Of a DNA stretch of 64,000 bases, positions 17,325 through 27,714 are shown in pieces. Positions within the stretch are counted from its first letter, which is position 1; each line of letters opens with the position of its first letter. Source of the DNA: Candidatus Delongbacteria bacterium (GTDB taxonomy: Bacteria; CAIWAD01); NCBI GenBank assembly GCA_963663545.1, contig OY760505.1:2560001-2624000 (forward strand), given 5' to 3'. The notes beneath the pieces are model-generated. The model saw nothing but the letters and a program-made list of their open reading frames with translations, was not told the DNA's origin and did no database searches. The translations under genes and the position numbers were made by a program.

Positions 17325-20300
17325 ATGAGATGGACAGTAACGCTCGCAGCGCTGGCATTCATTGCAACGTCAGCACTCTGTTTATAGACGAAGACCTACG
17401 ACCCAGCGGGGGGAGGGGACTTTACCACGATGACGGCTGCTATTAGCTGGCTAACAGCCTATCCAACGAATGCGGCAGTAGAGATGACCGCAGATTGGAA
17501 CAGCAATCTTGCCATCAACAATGGGTGCCACTACGCTGGTAGAATCGAGAAAACAATCCTCTGCAACGGCTACCGACTGGGGAAGGTAGTCACGATTACT
17601 GGCGCATCCAGCGGCGAAGAGAACCAGCTATACCTGGTCGATGGGACCATTGGTCTTCGTGAGTCTGACAGCGGGTGGTGTTCGCAGGGATATACCTTGG
17701 TGTGCAACCACGCGAACGTGTGTCTGCGCGATATGGAGATTTTGGGCCGCGACATCATGTCACCTAGCCAGTGCACGCGCGGTGGGTCAGGAGATCTGAT
17801 TCACATTAACGGATATTCCACATTCGAGTCGGCTGACCACGACACATTGTACACAAACTGGCCAGGGTGTGTTAAGGGAAGTGTAGATTTCATCGGCTGC
17901 ACCATCGGCTACAAGGTCTACTTCAACTCCTGTAGCACCACGGATTTCGCGGTCAAAGACTTCCTCTTTGCCGAGGATGCTCGCGTGCGCATCGAGGGCC
18001 TTGCCCTGCTGAGTAACACGACGAGACGCTTCTATGATTCCATGATCAACACCGAGGGCAGCCTGCTTTTCGTTACTCTCACGGATGCATTCACTGACCT
18101 GGTCGGTGTCAGCGGTGGTGGGGTGATCAATCAAGCGGCAGCTATCAGTTGCACGGGCAGTGCCGACGACGCCGGTGTTCCGTACCAGGTGTACGTCTAC
18201 GATGCGAAGTTTTTCAACTGCGATGGCGAGTGCGCTGGCGCGGTGTACTGTGGCCTGATGAATCCGGTTGGCACCTATCACTCCTGTTGCCAACTCGATA
18301 GCTCCAAGTTCGAGTACTGCGATGGTGGGAAGGCGGGCGCGATCGCCTTTTCCAATGTGGATGGCATCTCCCTTGGTTACAACAGCTTCACCTCGAACAC
18401 TAGCTCCACGACCGCAGACCATGGCGGTGGCGGCGCTGTATTTGTGGAGAGCGACAAGGAGATTTCTGCACCCAGAATTCAGAATTGCACCTTTACCAGC
18501 AACTCGTGTGCGATCGATTACGCGGGTGGCGCGGTTCAGGTCAACGACGCTGGTCTCTGGTTGACCGACACGCGATTTCTGGATAATGCGCGACGAACCG
18601 TCGTTGTCGATTCCGATAACACCAACGAGTTGATCCTGATTGACAACGTGAGCTTTGATCCTGATCCAACGTATCACACCTCTGGCCTTCGGATCCGTGC
18701 GGGTGTCGCACAGGACAGCTACATCCGCAACTGCTTGTTTGCTCCTACGATACCCACAGGTACTGGCTACACCTATTGCCTGGAGCTTGACATTGAACAG
18801 AACAGCCTGAATCCGACGCCCTTCTTGATTGACGGCGTCACGCTGGCTCGTGGAGGCACAGGCGTCCGATTCGACTCCAACGACCACGAGATTGAGCTGA
18901 AGAACTTGAGTTTACAGAATGTGTCGACCGGCATCCTGGCCAACAGCAGCAACCAGGCGAACGTGACGGTCGCGTACACAAATTTTGACACGGTTAGCCA
19001 ACCTGTCATACCCACCAACCTTGATAGGAGCCACACGTCTGCGCACAGTGCAAGTTTCGTCGGTGGCACAGGCCCCATCGAGGACCAATACGAGCTGCGC
19101 TGGGACAGCGCGTTATTGGATATTGGTGATCCCGAGAGCGAGTTGGACTACGACCTTTCACAGGCGAACATCGGCTGGTACAAGGAGCTGGAGACCGAAG
19201 AGCTTATCGCGAGCCAGGTTTCTGCTGGCAACTTGGATCGCAAGGTATATGAGATTACCGCCACGGACTGTGATCTCGTACTGAACACCGCTCTGCCTGT
19301 TGGATCTGTGCTTCGGGTTGCCGCAGGCAGCAGCTTGAGAATACGGCCACTTGCCCATGGCAACAGCTTGAAACTGGGTGATGAAGACGGACCACGCACG
19401 GCACTGGTAGGTGTTCAAAGTGAAGACGACCTAGACCCCTGCAATAAAATCGAGATTGGTGCCTACCGCGCAGACCCCTTCGCCAGTGTTTATCCAACCA
19501 CTCTGGTTGGCGTGTACTTCAGTTATGCCCCTGAAGAGGGCATTGCCTTCAACCATTGCGATCTGGAAGTGGTAGCACCTGAAGTCAGGTTCAACGATCA
19601 GGCTGGTACGGGCGAGGCTCTGATCGAGTACAAGTACAGCAAGGGCCGCATGCAGGGCCACAACTTGAACGGCACGCAGTTCGGTCGCGTGTATCAGTAC
19701 CGAAGCAGCGTGGATATGGCTGAGATCAGCTTCCCGGTGCTGATTGATGATGCTTGGTCGCTGTACACCTATCGCAACCACCAAACGGACAGCAGGATGG
19801 AATTCGACGACCTAGTCTTCCCGGGATCGAGACAGAATAACACCTATGATTCTGCCGTCGCGTACCTGTACCGGTCCACAATTGACCTCGATGGCTGCTC
19901 GTTCACCACTTCCAGCAACCAGAACACGCCCTTTGTCTACGAGAACCTCGCGACGCTGAACATGAGCAAGAATGCTCGCAATTCCTTTGACGATGACGGT
20001 CACAACTCCGTGAGTTCGCTCGTATACATGTATTACGGCGAGCTGAAGATGGATTGCGGGTACAACAGCTTCATCCGGCAGAACTACGTGCCGCCGCTCA
20101 ACACACCCACCTTCATCGGCTCCACCTCGGCAACCTGGACGCACGAGTACCTCGATTGGGGCATCAACTTCTGGGGAACCAGCTGCTCCGATTCTTACCC
20201 CATCAGCACGATCCTGACGAACTGGGATATCCCGAACTGGCAGAACCTGAGCGAATGGGGATCGCCACTGCAGCTCTCTACCTGCAACCAGGCTTACACC

Positions 20301-21131
20301 GGATGTAGTGGCACAGGGACCACACCAAGCATGATGCTTGCCGAGGCACAATCCTCGCTTGACGCGGGGGACGCAGAAGCTGCACTACTGACCGCCAGCG
20401 ATCTGATCCTGCAATATCCCAACAGCGTGGAGGCCTACGAGGCCACAGAGATGGTCAGTAGTATCGCCCTCGAGACCGAAACGGGGGCCCTGAACTATGC
20501 GGATGCCGTTGCCACCTTGGAGGCCGCCAGCGAGCAGACCGCCAGTACTGATCGTGGGCTGTCAACCATGCAGAGTACCGATGCCAAGCTTGTGGAAGCC
20601 CGCCACGGAGCCAGGAGTGAGGCGGTAGCCGCCCTGCAGCAGGTTGCCGAGACCAGCGCCGAACCCGTCGCGATCATGGCCGCCGAACTTGCCCTGCTTG
20701 AGATTGACACCTGGCCGGCAGAAGGCGGACTGGCAACGGCGAGCCCCGCACAGGCTGCAGCGCACACCCAGCGCATTCGCCAGGCTTCCAATGCTATTCG
20801 CGATTACCTCAAACCCGACATGACGGGTGCCGAGGAACAGGGTGCGCTGGAAGCACTGACCATGCCTGGTTCCATCTCCCTTGCCAGTGCCTTCCCGAAC
20901 CCCTTCAATCCCGTGACGATGGTGGAGTTCGGTATCAGTTCCCCGATCCAGGGAACAGTCAGCATCTACAATATGGTCGGTCAGCAGGTGGCAACCCTGT
21001 TTGATGGCCAGTTCGAGCAGGGACTGAACCGCGTGGCCTTTGACGGTTCACAGCTTGCCAGTGGCGTGTATCTGGTCTCGATCCAGACGCCGCAGGATCA
21101 CGCGATCCTCAAGACTCTGCTACTCAAGTAA
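17325..21131 (+). pseudogene. Secreted right-handed beta-helix + TPR-like + T9SS-CTD protein, interrupted by in-frame TAG at codon 21
   Basis: SD AGGAG, ATG 17325, signal peptide MRWTVTLAALAFIATSALC, TAG 17385-17387, same frame continues TKTYDPAGGGDFTTMTAAI into ORF 17430-21131; PbH1-like GGAV/NCTF repeats; AFPNPFNP...LASGVY. Confidence 0.75.
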
Positions 21132-21143
21132 CCCAGTATAGGA

Positions 21144-21168
21144 GGGGTGGCAGCCTGTGTGCCACCCC
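21144..21168 (+). terminator. Intergenic hairpin
   Basis: GGGGTGGCA-gcctgtg-TGCCACCCC; weak U-tail. Confidence 0.5.
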
Positions 21169-21176
21169 ATTTCATC

Positions 21177-23693
21177 ATGCGTTGTTTTGCCCTTGCTTTC
21201 TTGTTGTGCGCCAGCGCCACCATGGCCCGCGTGCTGCACGTGCCTGCGGAGTACACCGAATTGCAGCTTGCCTTGGACGCCTGTCAGGAGGCCGACACCG
21301 TGCTGGTGGCACGCGGCACCTACTACGGGCAGTTTCTGCTGCCCGAGTGCAGTGTACACCTGTACTCGCACCATGTGCTGACCGGAGACACGCTGGATGT
21401 GGAAGAGACCATTCTGGATGGCGAGTACGGTGGTACTGTTGTGACGGGAGTGTATGGGGAGGTTGAGTATGACCTGCAGGGGTTCACAGTTCGCCACGGA
21501 CAAGGGCATTATTACGGTAACGTGGTGCACTCAGCGGGCGGCCTGCAATTCGACTATTGCACGACCTTTCGCATCGATCATTGCGTGATCCGGGATTGCC
21601 AAACCGATGGATACTCTGGCGCTGCCATCAATCAAGAGCAGGAAGCGCTGCCACTTCCTCGGCGCTGCCAAATCACCCACAGTACCCTGGTTGACATCCA
21701 GCAACTCCGCTCTGCAAACGACGAGTTCGGGGCCGTCTACGCGTTTGCTGATTCCGTGTATGTGAGGAATCTGAAGGCATATACGGTGACAACGGAGGGT
21801 TTCTGTGTTCTCAATAGTGGTGCGTTCGGTTATCTGGAATGCAGCGGTATTACGATACGCAATATGCACATCGATCAAGGCATGTTTTTGAATGGCTGGT
21901 CGGAGATGGGCTGCCACTTTCAAGACATCAGCATGACCAACTGCTCCATCTCCGCCCCCTGGAACGACGGCTTCGGCGGGATGGCGCGCTTCTGCGATCT
22001 TCACTCCGACACCCTGCTCATGACAATCCGCAACCTGACTTTGGATAACTGCAGGCGCACCGGGCACCAGGGTGCGCAGGCACCCGGTAGCGGCGCCGCC
22101 TGCAGTATCACAGCCATGCACCTGGACGCGGATTCGATCCTCTTTCGCAACTGCCACACAGATTTTGGTGGCCTGATGGAAATCGGTGATATGTATGCCA
22201 TTGAAGAGAGATGGGTGGACCGGATACGCAATCTGCGCGTGGAGGGCTGTACCTACGGGCAAGAGGAGTTCGTGGGCGATCCGGAGAACGATGAGACAAT
22301 TGGCAATCTGATCTCAACAGGCGGGGTTGATCTTGTGGACTGTCTGTTTCTGGATAACGTGGGCATTGGCAACGCGCTGCCCGTGGGTCCTACTGGCCCA
22401 AGCAACTACGTCTACAGTCTGCTGTGGGCCTTCACAGGCTCTCTGGATACGTTGCGCCTGACACGCCTGCAATTTGTGAACAACCTGGTGATCGATCGCG
22501 ACACGTATTCCCCTGGACGTGGCTGGCTCCCCAATCTGGGCCGAGCCATGAACATACATGCAGGGAATTCAGGCAATCCCCTGATCATCATGGACAGCTG
22601 CCAGTTTGTCGAGCAGCGCCAGCCTAACTGGATCCCCGAGCGGGACGACGACACGATGATCAACGAGTGTGGCAACGTCCTGTACGTGCGCGGCGAAGCA
22701 AGTCTGCTGATGCGCAACTGCCTGTTTCAAGGGATCGACGATGGGGGGTTATATGCCTTTGTGGAAGGCGATGCAACCATACAGAACTGTCAATTTCTTG
22801 ATGTAGATCGCGCTACCTGTTTGTTTGCGGCCAAGTGCCTGGATTCGGGTGCAGGGGGCGCGGTTCGTATAGAGAATCTGTACCTAAGAGGTGGCCAACA
22901 ATACGACTGTTACCATCCGACCCGATGGCACAGTTGGCAGGTGACCCTTCGTGTTGCTTCGGGGATCGGTGCTACGGTTCGTAACTGTACGTTCGCAAAC
23001 AACAACCCGGTCACTATGTTTGGGTATCAGGACCTCGTCTCGGAGGTAATTGGCGCTGAGGTTGTCACGAACTGTCTGTTCACGGGGAACCAGTATGATT
23101 ACTGGATTCCGCACTGGAGTGATCAGGACGTGATGTTTTTCAACAACTGTCTGCTTCAGGAAGCCATTCCCGGCGAGAACAACCTGATTGGCCTTGACCC
23201 ACGCTTCGACCCCGTTCTTGGTGCGCCCTTCCTGGCCCCCAATTCCCCCTGCATCGACGCTGGCGATCCTGGTGACCACTACAACGACGTAGCCGATCCC
23301 AGCGCCCCGGACTTTGCCCTCTGGCCCTCGCAGGGCAGTCTGCGCAACGACATCGGGTACACGGGCGGGCCCTACGCCGCCGTGCAGGAGTTTGTGGGGC
23401 TTTCCCCCCAGGTGGATCCAGTGCTTCCCACTTCCCCCACGCTGGGCGAGGCCTATCCGAATCCCTTCAATCCGGTGACCACCATCCCCTTCACGCTGCC
23501 CCAGGCTGGCCACTTCACCCTGCAGGTCTACAACCTGCGCGGCCAGCTGGTGCAGACCCTGGCCAACACCGACTTTGCCGCAGGCGAGCACCGCGTGCGC
23601 TTTGATGGACGTGCGCTGGCTAGCGGAGTGTATCTGGTGCGCCTGGCTGGACCACGTTGTTCTTCAGTGAAGAAGGTGCTGCTGGTGAAGTGA
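21177..23693 (+). CDS. Secreted right-handed beta-helix protein with T9SS-like CTD
   Basis: Signal peptide MRCFALAFLLCASATMA; VPAEYTELQLALD..DTVLVARGTY; SPCIDAGDP..RNDIGYTGGP; AYPNPFNP...LASGVY...KKVLLVK. Confidence 0.8.
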   Translation: MRCFALAFLLCASATMARVLHVPAEYTELQLALDACQEADTVLVARGTYYGQFLLPECSVHLYSHHVLTGDTLDVEETILDGEYGGTVVTGVYGEVEYDLQGFTVRHGQGHYYGNVVHSAGGLQFDYCTTFRIDHCVIRDCQTDGYSGAAINQEQEALPLPRRCQITHSTLVDIQQLRSANDEFGAVYAFADSVYVRNLKAYTVTTEGFCVLNSGAFGYLECSGITIRNMHIDQGMFLNGWSEMGCHFQDISMTNCSISAPWNDGFGGMARFCDLHSDTLLMTIRNLTLDNCRRTGHQGAQAPGSGAACSITAMHLDADSILFRNCHTDFGGLMEIGDMYAIEERWVDRIRNLRVEGCTYGQEEFVGDPENDETIGNLISTGGVDLVDCLFLDNVGIGNALPVGPTGPSNYVYSLLWAFTGSLDTLRLTRLQFVNNLVIDRDTYSPGRGWLPNLGRAMNIHAGNSGNPLIIMDSCQFVEQRQPNWIPERDDDTMINECGNVLYVRGEASLLMRNCLFQGIDDGGLYAFVEGDATIQNCQFLDVDRATCLFAAKCLDSGAGGAVRIENLYLRGGQQYDCYHPTRWHSWQVTLRVASGIGATVRNCTFANNNPVTMFGYQDLVSEVIGAEVVTNCLFTGNQYDYWIPHWSDQDVMFFNNCLLQEAIPGENNLIGLDPRFDPVLGAPFLAPNSPCIDAGDPGDHYNDVADPSAPDFALWPSQGSLRNDIGYTGGPYAAVQEFVGLSPQVDPVLPTSPTLGEAYPNPFNPVTTIPFTLPQAGHFTLQVYNLRGQLVQTLANTDFAAGEHRVRFDGRALASGVYLVRLAGPRCSSVKKVLLVK

Positions 23694-23789
23694 ACTCACT
23701 CAGGTGGGTGTGGGATTTGCGTTACCGACACTCCCAAGGCATCCGGCCACAGCCGCCTGATGGAACGCAGAGTACCGTTCTCATTGAGA

Positions 23790-24641
23790 TCAGCTTTGGT
23801 CAGCAGACTTCGGCACCCCATGTTTCAGGACTTCTTCTGTGGCGTGCTCTACGCTTTCGCGCACTGGTTCCAAAGCAAGCCGTGCATAGATCTCCGTGGT
23901 CACTTTTAATTCGTGTCCCAGGGTCTTTTAAATGACGTCCAGCGGCGATCCTGTGTCAATTTGGAACGAGGCCAGGCTACGGCGCAGATCGTGAATGTGC
24001 AGATTGTCCAACCCAGCACGCTTGCAGATGCGGCTCCATCCTGACTTGATCTCAACCATGTGAACCTTCTTTCGACCCGATCGGCCAGGTAAGACATCGT
24101 CGCCTCGCTTGGCAACCAGTCGCTGCCTCAAAATGCGTATTGCAGCCTGGGGCAGGATCACGTTTAGCTGCCGACTTGACTTCGAGGATGCTGCAGGAAT
24201 CACTCCCACACCGCGTTCCAAGGAGACATTCGACCAACACATAGCTAGCTGATTGCTTCTTCGAGCTCCCGTGAATAGCGCCAGTAGCACGAAGTCGCGG
24301 ATATCGGTATTGACATCTGCCTGCACAGCCTGGAAGAATGCTGGCAGCTCTTCCACCGACAGGCGACGCGTGCGGTCCTCCTCGCGGTTGAAGGTGATTC
24401 CGTTGGCAGGGTTTGGAATGTCTAGCTCATGATCGCGGATGGCTCGGTTGATCACAGCCCTCAGCAGCGCCACAACACGGTTGGCCTGGTGCTTCCCGTG
24501 GTTGTCACCGATGGCCTGGTGCATGGCTACAACCTCGCGCCGGCGGATGGACTTAATCGGACGGGCAGACCATGCCGAGAGGAACCGGGCCCGTTGCATC
24601 CTGTATTCGTGAAAAGTCTTCGGTTTGCGATGGCGATCCAA
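23790..24641 (-). pseudogene. Tyrosine integrase pseudogene (5'-truncated, premature TAA)
   Basis: TGARR, HIHDLRR, then DVI-TAA(23928-23930)-KTLGHELKVTTEIYAR...TGA(23790) in the same frame; catalytic His and Tyr lie after the stop. Confidence 0.9.
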
Positions 24642-24665
24642 AGCCTCTGTTTCGCAGTAGTGTTA

Positions 24666-24710
24666 ACTCTTACTCAGTTGGTTCGGGGTTCGAGTCCCTG
24701 ATGGAGCATC
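24666..24710 (+). repeat. attR direct repeat (duplicated tRNA-Lys 3' end)
   Basis: ACTCTTAcTCAGTTGGTTCGGGGTTCGAGTCCCTGATGGAGCATC. Confidence 0.93.
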
Positions 24711-24738
24711 AAAGGTCGCACAAGCGGCCTTTTGTTTT
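24711..24738 (+). terminator. Probable original tRNA terminator, displaced by the island
   Basis: AAAGGTCGC-acaa-GCGGCCTTT followed by TGTTTT directly after attR. Confidence 0.7.
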
Positions 24739-24867
24739 GCCTACTGTGAATACTCAGCACCTACAACTTCCGAACAAACTATAACAACCCTATTTCACGA
24801 ATCCGGTTCAGTTTGGGTTTTCCATTCCCGATAGAGCACACACTGGTTAAAAAAATCGGGAAGCAGT

Positions 24868-25764
24868 ATGGACCTCAAGACGATCAGCCAACTTGTGAGC
24901 CAGGTGCGAAGCATGCCGACCATGTCGCCCATCGCCCTGCGCCTTTTATCCTTGAGTGCTGACGACGATCACGATTTGCGTGAGATGGTGGAGTTGATCA
25001 AGAGCGACACGTTTTTGACCATGCAGATCCTCAAGGTCGCCAATTCCGCCGCCCATAGCACGGGTCGTCAGGTGAATTCGCTGACGCGCGCGGTTGTGGC
25101 ACTGGGTAGCAATCTGGTGGTAGGAATCGCCCTGAAGTCCTGCGCGCCGGGCATGTTCAGCACCCGGCTGATCGCCTACAATTCCGACGAAAGCAAGCTC
25201 TGGGAGCACAGCCTCTACGTCGGTCTAGCCTCCAAGCAGATCGCCCAGCAAATGGCCGGCGGCTGCAACCCCGAAATGGCATTTACTGCGGGGCTCTTGC
25301 ACGATGTGGGCAAGGTGGTCATGGACCAACTTTTCCAACAGGTGCAGCGGCCCAGCATTGGTTTGCACGAAGTGCGTCGCCAGGCAATGTGTGCGCTGGA
25401 GCGTGAGGCGCTAGGGCTGGATCATGCGACCTTAGGCTACTGGTTGGCTAACCACTGGAGCCTGCCGCCTGAGCTGGGACAGCCGATGCTGTATCACCAT
25501 AATCCCAATGAAGCTCCAGAGGAGCTGGTGCGCTTGTGTAGCGCTATCCATTACGGTGACTTGATGGCGCATCGGGCAGGCTATTGCGCAGAAGGCCGTA
25601 GCGACGAGATGAAGGACACTACACCAGTGACCGGAGCCCGCATGCAGGCCATCATGACGGATGTGACCACACAGTTTGAGGTGATCCGTGAAGCTGTGCT
25701 GGGGTCGAGCGGCGAGGAGGAGCATACTTCTTCGCAGCACGAGGCCCAAGGACTAGCTTCCTGA
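24868..25764 (+). CDS. HDOD domain signalling protein
   Basis: MPTMSP, IKSD..LT.QILKVANSA, AVVALG, LWEHS, AFTAGLLHDVGK, E...LGLDH..LG..LA..WSLP, HH.P. Confidence 0.92.
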   Translation: MDLKTISQLVSQVRSMPTMSPIALRLLSLSADDDHDLREMVELIKSDTFLTMQILKVANSAAHSTGRQVNSLTRAVVALGSNLVVGIALKSCAPGMFSTRLIAYNSDESKLWEHSLYVGLASKQIAQQMAGGCNPEMAFTAGLLHDVGKVVMDQLFQQVQRPSIGLHEVRRQAMCALEREALGLDHATLGYWLANHWSLPPELGQPMLYHHNPNEAPEELVRLCSAIHYGDLMAHRAGYCAEGRSDEMKDTTPVTGARMQAIMTDVTTQFEVIREAVLGSSGEEEHTSSQHEAQGLAS

Positions 25765-25868
25765 GCTGCTTGCTTTGACTAGAGGAGGAAGCCCCATCCA
25801 ATCGGGTGGGGCCTGTCCTGTGGCCCGTTTCACATCGAGACGGGCCACTACTTTTTACTGGAGGTAAC

Positions 25869-27293
25869 TCAGCGCTGGTAGAGCAGCTTCGTTGTCTGCC
25901 TTCCGGCAGAACCGTCCGCCAGCAGCAGATAGACACCGGAAGCAAGCTGCCCGGGATTCCATTTAAGCCTGTTCAGTCCCGAGTTCATCAAACCATCGTG
26001 CAGGCGGGTGACGCATTGTCCGCGCAAGTTGTACACGCCCACAGTCATCCGGCTGGTTTCCGGCAGCACCAACTCAATTGTTGTAGAAGGGTTAAAGGGG
26101 TTGGGATAGGCGCTCAGCGCGAACTCGAAGGGCTGTTCCTCAACGCCGGCCACACTTCCTTCCTGGAAGCGCCAGATGTAGAAACCGCTATCTCGCTGGC
26201 AGAATAGCAGTTCGCAAAGGCCGTCATTGTCTGCGTCGGCAATGCAGCAATCGCCGTTGGCCAGCCCGGGCATCTCGCCGCTTTGCCAGATTTCGCTGGC
26301 CGAACTTCCGTCGAAAGAAAACAGATGAACGCGCGCATCCGCAGGAGCGCCTGTCTGATAGCCGGAGAAAACGGCGATCTGGTGTCGTCCATCGCCTAGC
26401 AATGGACCCAGCGCTGGTCCGTGAGTGGAAAGGCCCGCATCCCAGTTCCACACCTCTTCGTAGACAAGGCCATTCCAGCGCGCCAGGGTCAAGTCGTCAC
26501 GGCCCCCGCGATCGTAGGTAGAGCTGACGATGACTTCGTTCAACCCGTCCTGGTCGGGGTCGCCGCAGATTGCGGTAACAGCACCATAGTAGCCGCTGTC
26601 AAACTGCAGTTGATACTCCTCGTCGCCGTATTCGTAGACGCGCCAATCCCAGTAGCTCCAGTTGCCGCAGCCAGCAAGCAGTTCATTCTGGCCATCGTTG
26701 TCGGTATCACCAATGAAACTGCTGCGAAAATCATTGCCGCCGGTGCTCCAACTCAGCGCCCAGGAATTCGCTCCGGCTTGCTCATAGACACGCAACTGGC
26801 GCGAATACCAGTCCACGGCGATGCAGAGCTCATTCTGGCCATCATTGTCCACGTCTCCGACGGAGACAGCGCGTTCCCGGCGCAGTGTGCTGAAACCGCT
26901 GCTCCAGATGCAGTGGGTGTCCGATAGCTCGCTGCTGGAATCATAGATGTAGAGTGCGCCGCCCAGATCGCCACTGTCGCTGGAGATCAATAACTCCTGC
27001 TGTCCGTCGTTATCCACATCGGCAAACAGAGGATACACCTTGTCCGCGCTGAAGGCTTGTTCCCAGATCTTGACCAGTGTGCCGTTGACCAGGTGGTACA
27101 GTTTGCACTTGGCCTGACTCGAGGAACTGTAGTAGCCCACGGCCACTTCCTGCAGACCGTCGTGATCCAGGTCGCCGACAGCGGCCTTGCAAGCCGCGCC
27201 CGACTGGTAGCACACCAAATTGGCCGCGGGCTCGGCCAGCACTTTGCCTGTCCATGCCAAAACAAAAAGGGAAGCGAGCAATGCGCGTCGCAT
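25869..27293 (-). CDS. FG-GAP/VCBS beta-propeller protein with T9SS-like CTD
   Basis: Signal peptide; about 7 GDxDxDGxxE repeats; AYPNPFNP...LASGVY. Confidence 0.85.
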   Translation of the reverse strand: MRRALLASLFVLAWTGKVLAEPAANLVCYQSGAACKAAVGDLDHDGLQEVAVGYYSSSSQAKCKLYHLVNGTLVKIWEQAFSADKVYPLFADVDNDGQQELLISSDSGDLGGALYIYDSSSELSDTHCIWSSGFSTLRRERAVSVGDVDNDGQNELCIAVDWYSRQLRVYEQAGANSWALSWSTGGNDFRSSFIGDTDNDGQNELLAGCGNWSYWDWRVYEYGDEEYQLQFDSGYYGAVTAICGDPDQDGLNEVIVSSTYDRGGRDDLTLARWNGLVYEEVWNWDAGLSTHGPALGPLLGDGRHQIAVFSGYQTGAPADARVHLFSFDGSSASEIWQSGEMPGLANGDCCIADADNDGLCELLFCQRDSGFYIWRFQEGSVAGVEEQPFEFALSAYPNPFNPSTTIELVLPETSRMTVGVYNLRGQCVTRLHDGLMNSGLNRLKWNPGQLASGVYLLLADGSAGRQTTKLLYQR

Positions 27294-27504
27294 TTCTCCT
27301 CCTGTTGCCCAACGCCTTTGACCAGCCGGGGCAGGCCTAAGCCGGGCGGATAGGTTCTGTTTGCCTGCGGATGCAGTTTAGGGGCACAATCGCGCGGCAC
27401 GCGATCCAAGATACTGTGCAAATTTCCTGCCAGCGTGCATGTTCGCCGCGGTTCCTGATTCAAAGCTGTTCTGTTTCGCAGAAGCGCCGCAGCAGGAGTC
27501 AAAA

Positions 27505-27521
27505 GGTGAAAATTCTTCACC
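27505..27521. promoter_or_regulatory. Palindromic operator candidate GGTGAAAATTCTTCACC
   Basis: Inverted repeat in a divergent intergenic region; near-identical copy at 34433-34449. Confidence 0.5.
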
Positions 27522-27663
27522 AGGATGAGGCTCGCTCACCAGATTCATGCGGCTTCTTCACCACAGCTTCAGGTAAGTGCTGGTACCTTGGGGCTTGTGA
27601 AATGCGGAAAGATGGAGCAAAAGGCGCTTGCATCCTTGCATAAAAAGTGCATTTATATCGCCC

Positions 27664-27685
27664 GTTTCAAATGACGATTTTAAAC
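27664..27685. promoter_or_regulatory. Putative TetR operator
   Basis: GTTTCAAAT-gacg-ATTTTAAAC inverted repeat (1 mismatch) just upstream of the tetR SD. Confidence 0.55.
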
Positions 27686-27714
27686 ACTGAGTTGATTCAA
27701 CAGGAGATAGAACC

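Larger units (their letters stand above)
16204..24710. mobile_element. Decayed tRNA-Lys-integrated genomic island / prophage remnant (~8.5 kb)
   Basis: Bounded by att repeats; integrase pseudogene abutting attR; second integrase, IS3 and transglycosylase fragments; depleted in the host GTGATAC motif. Confidence 0.88.

Noticed and set aside
16924..17387. TAG reassignment or pyrrolysine recoding
   Set aside because: TAG ends normal genes here (mutM, ferritin, 3508, 6444), and the integrase is broken by TAA; simple C>T decay explains the stops.
24666..24710. Second tRNA gene
   Set aside because: Only the 3' half is present, with no D-arm or 5' acceptor strand; it is attR.
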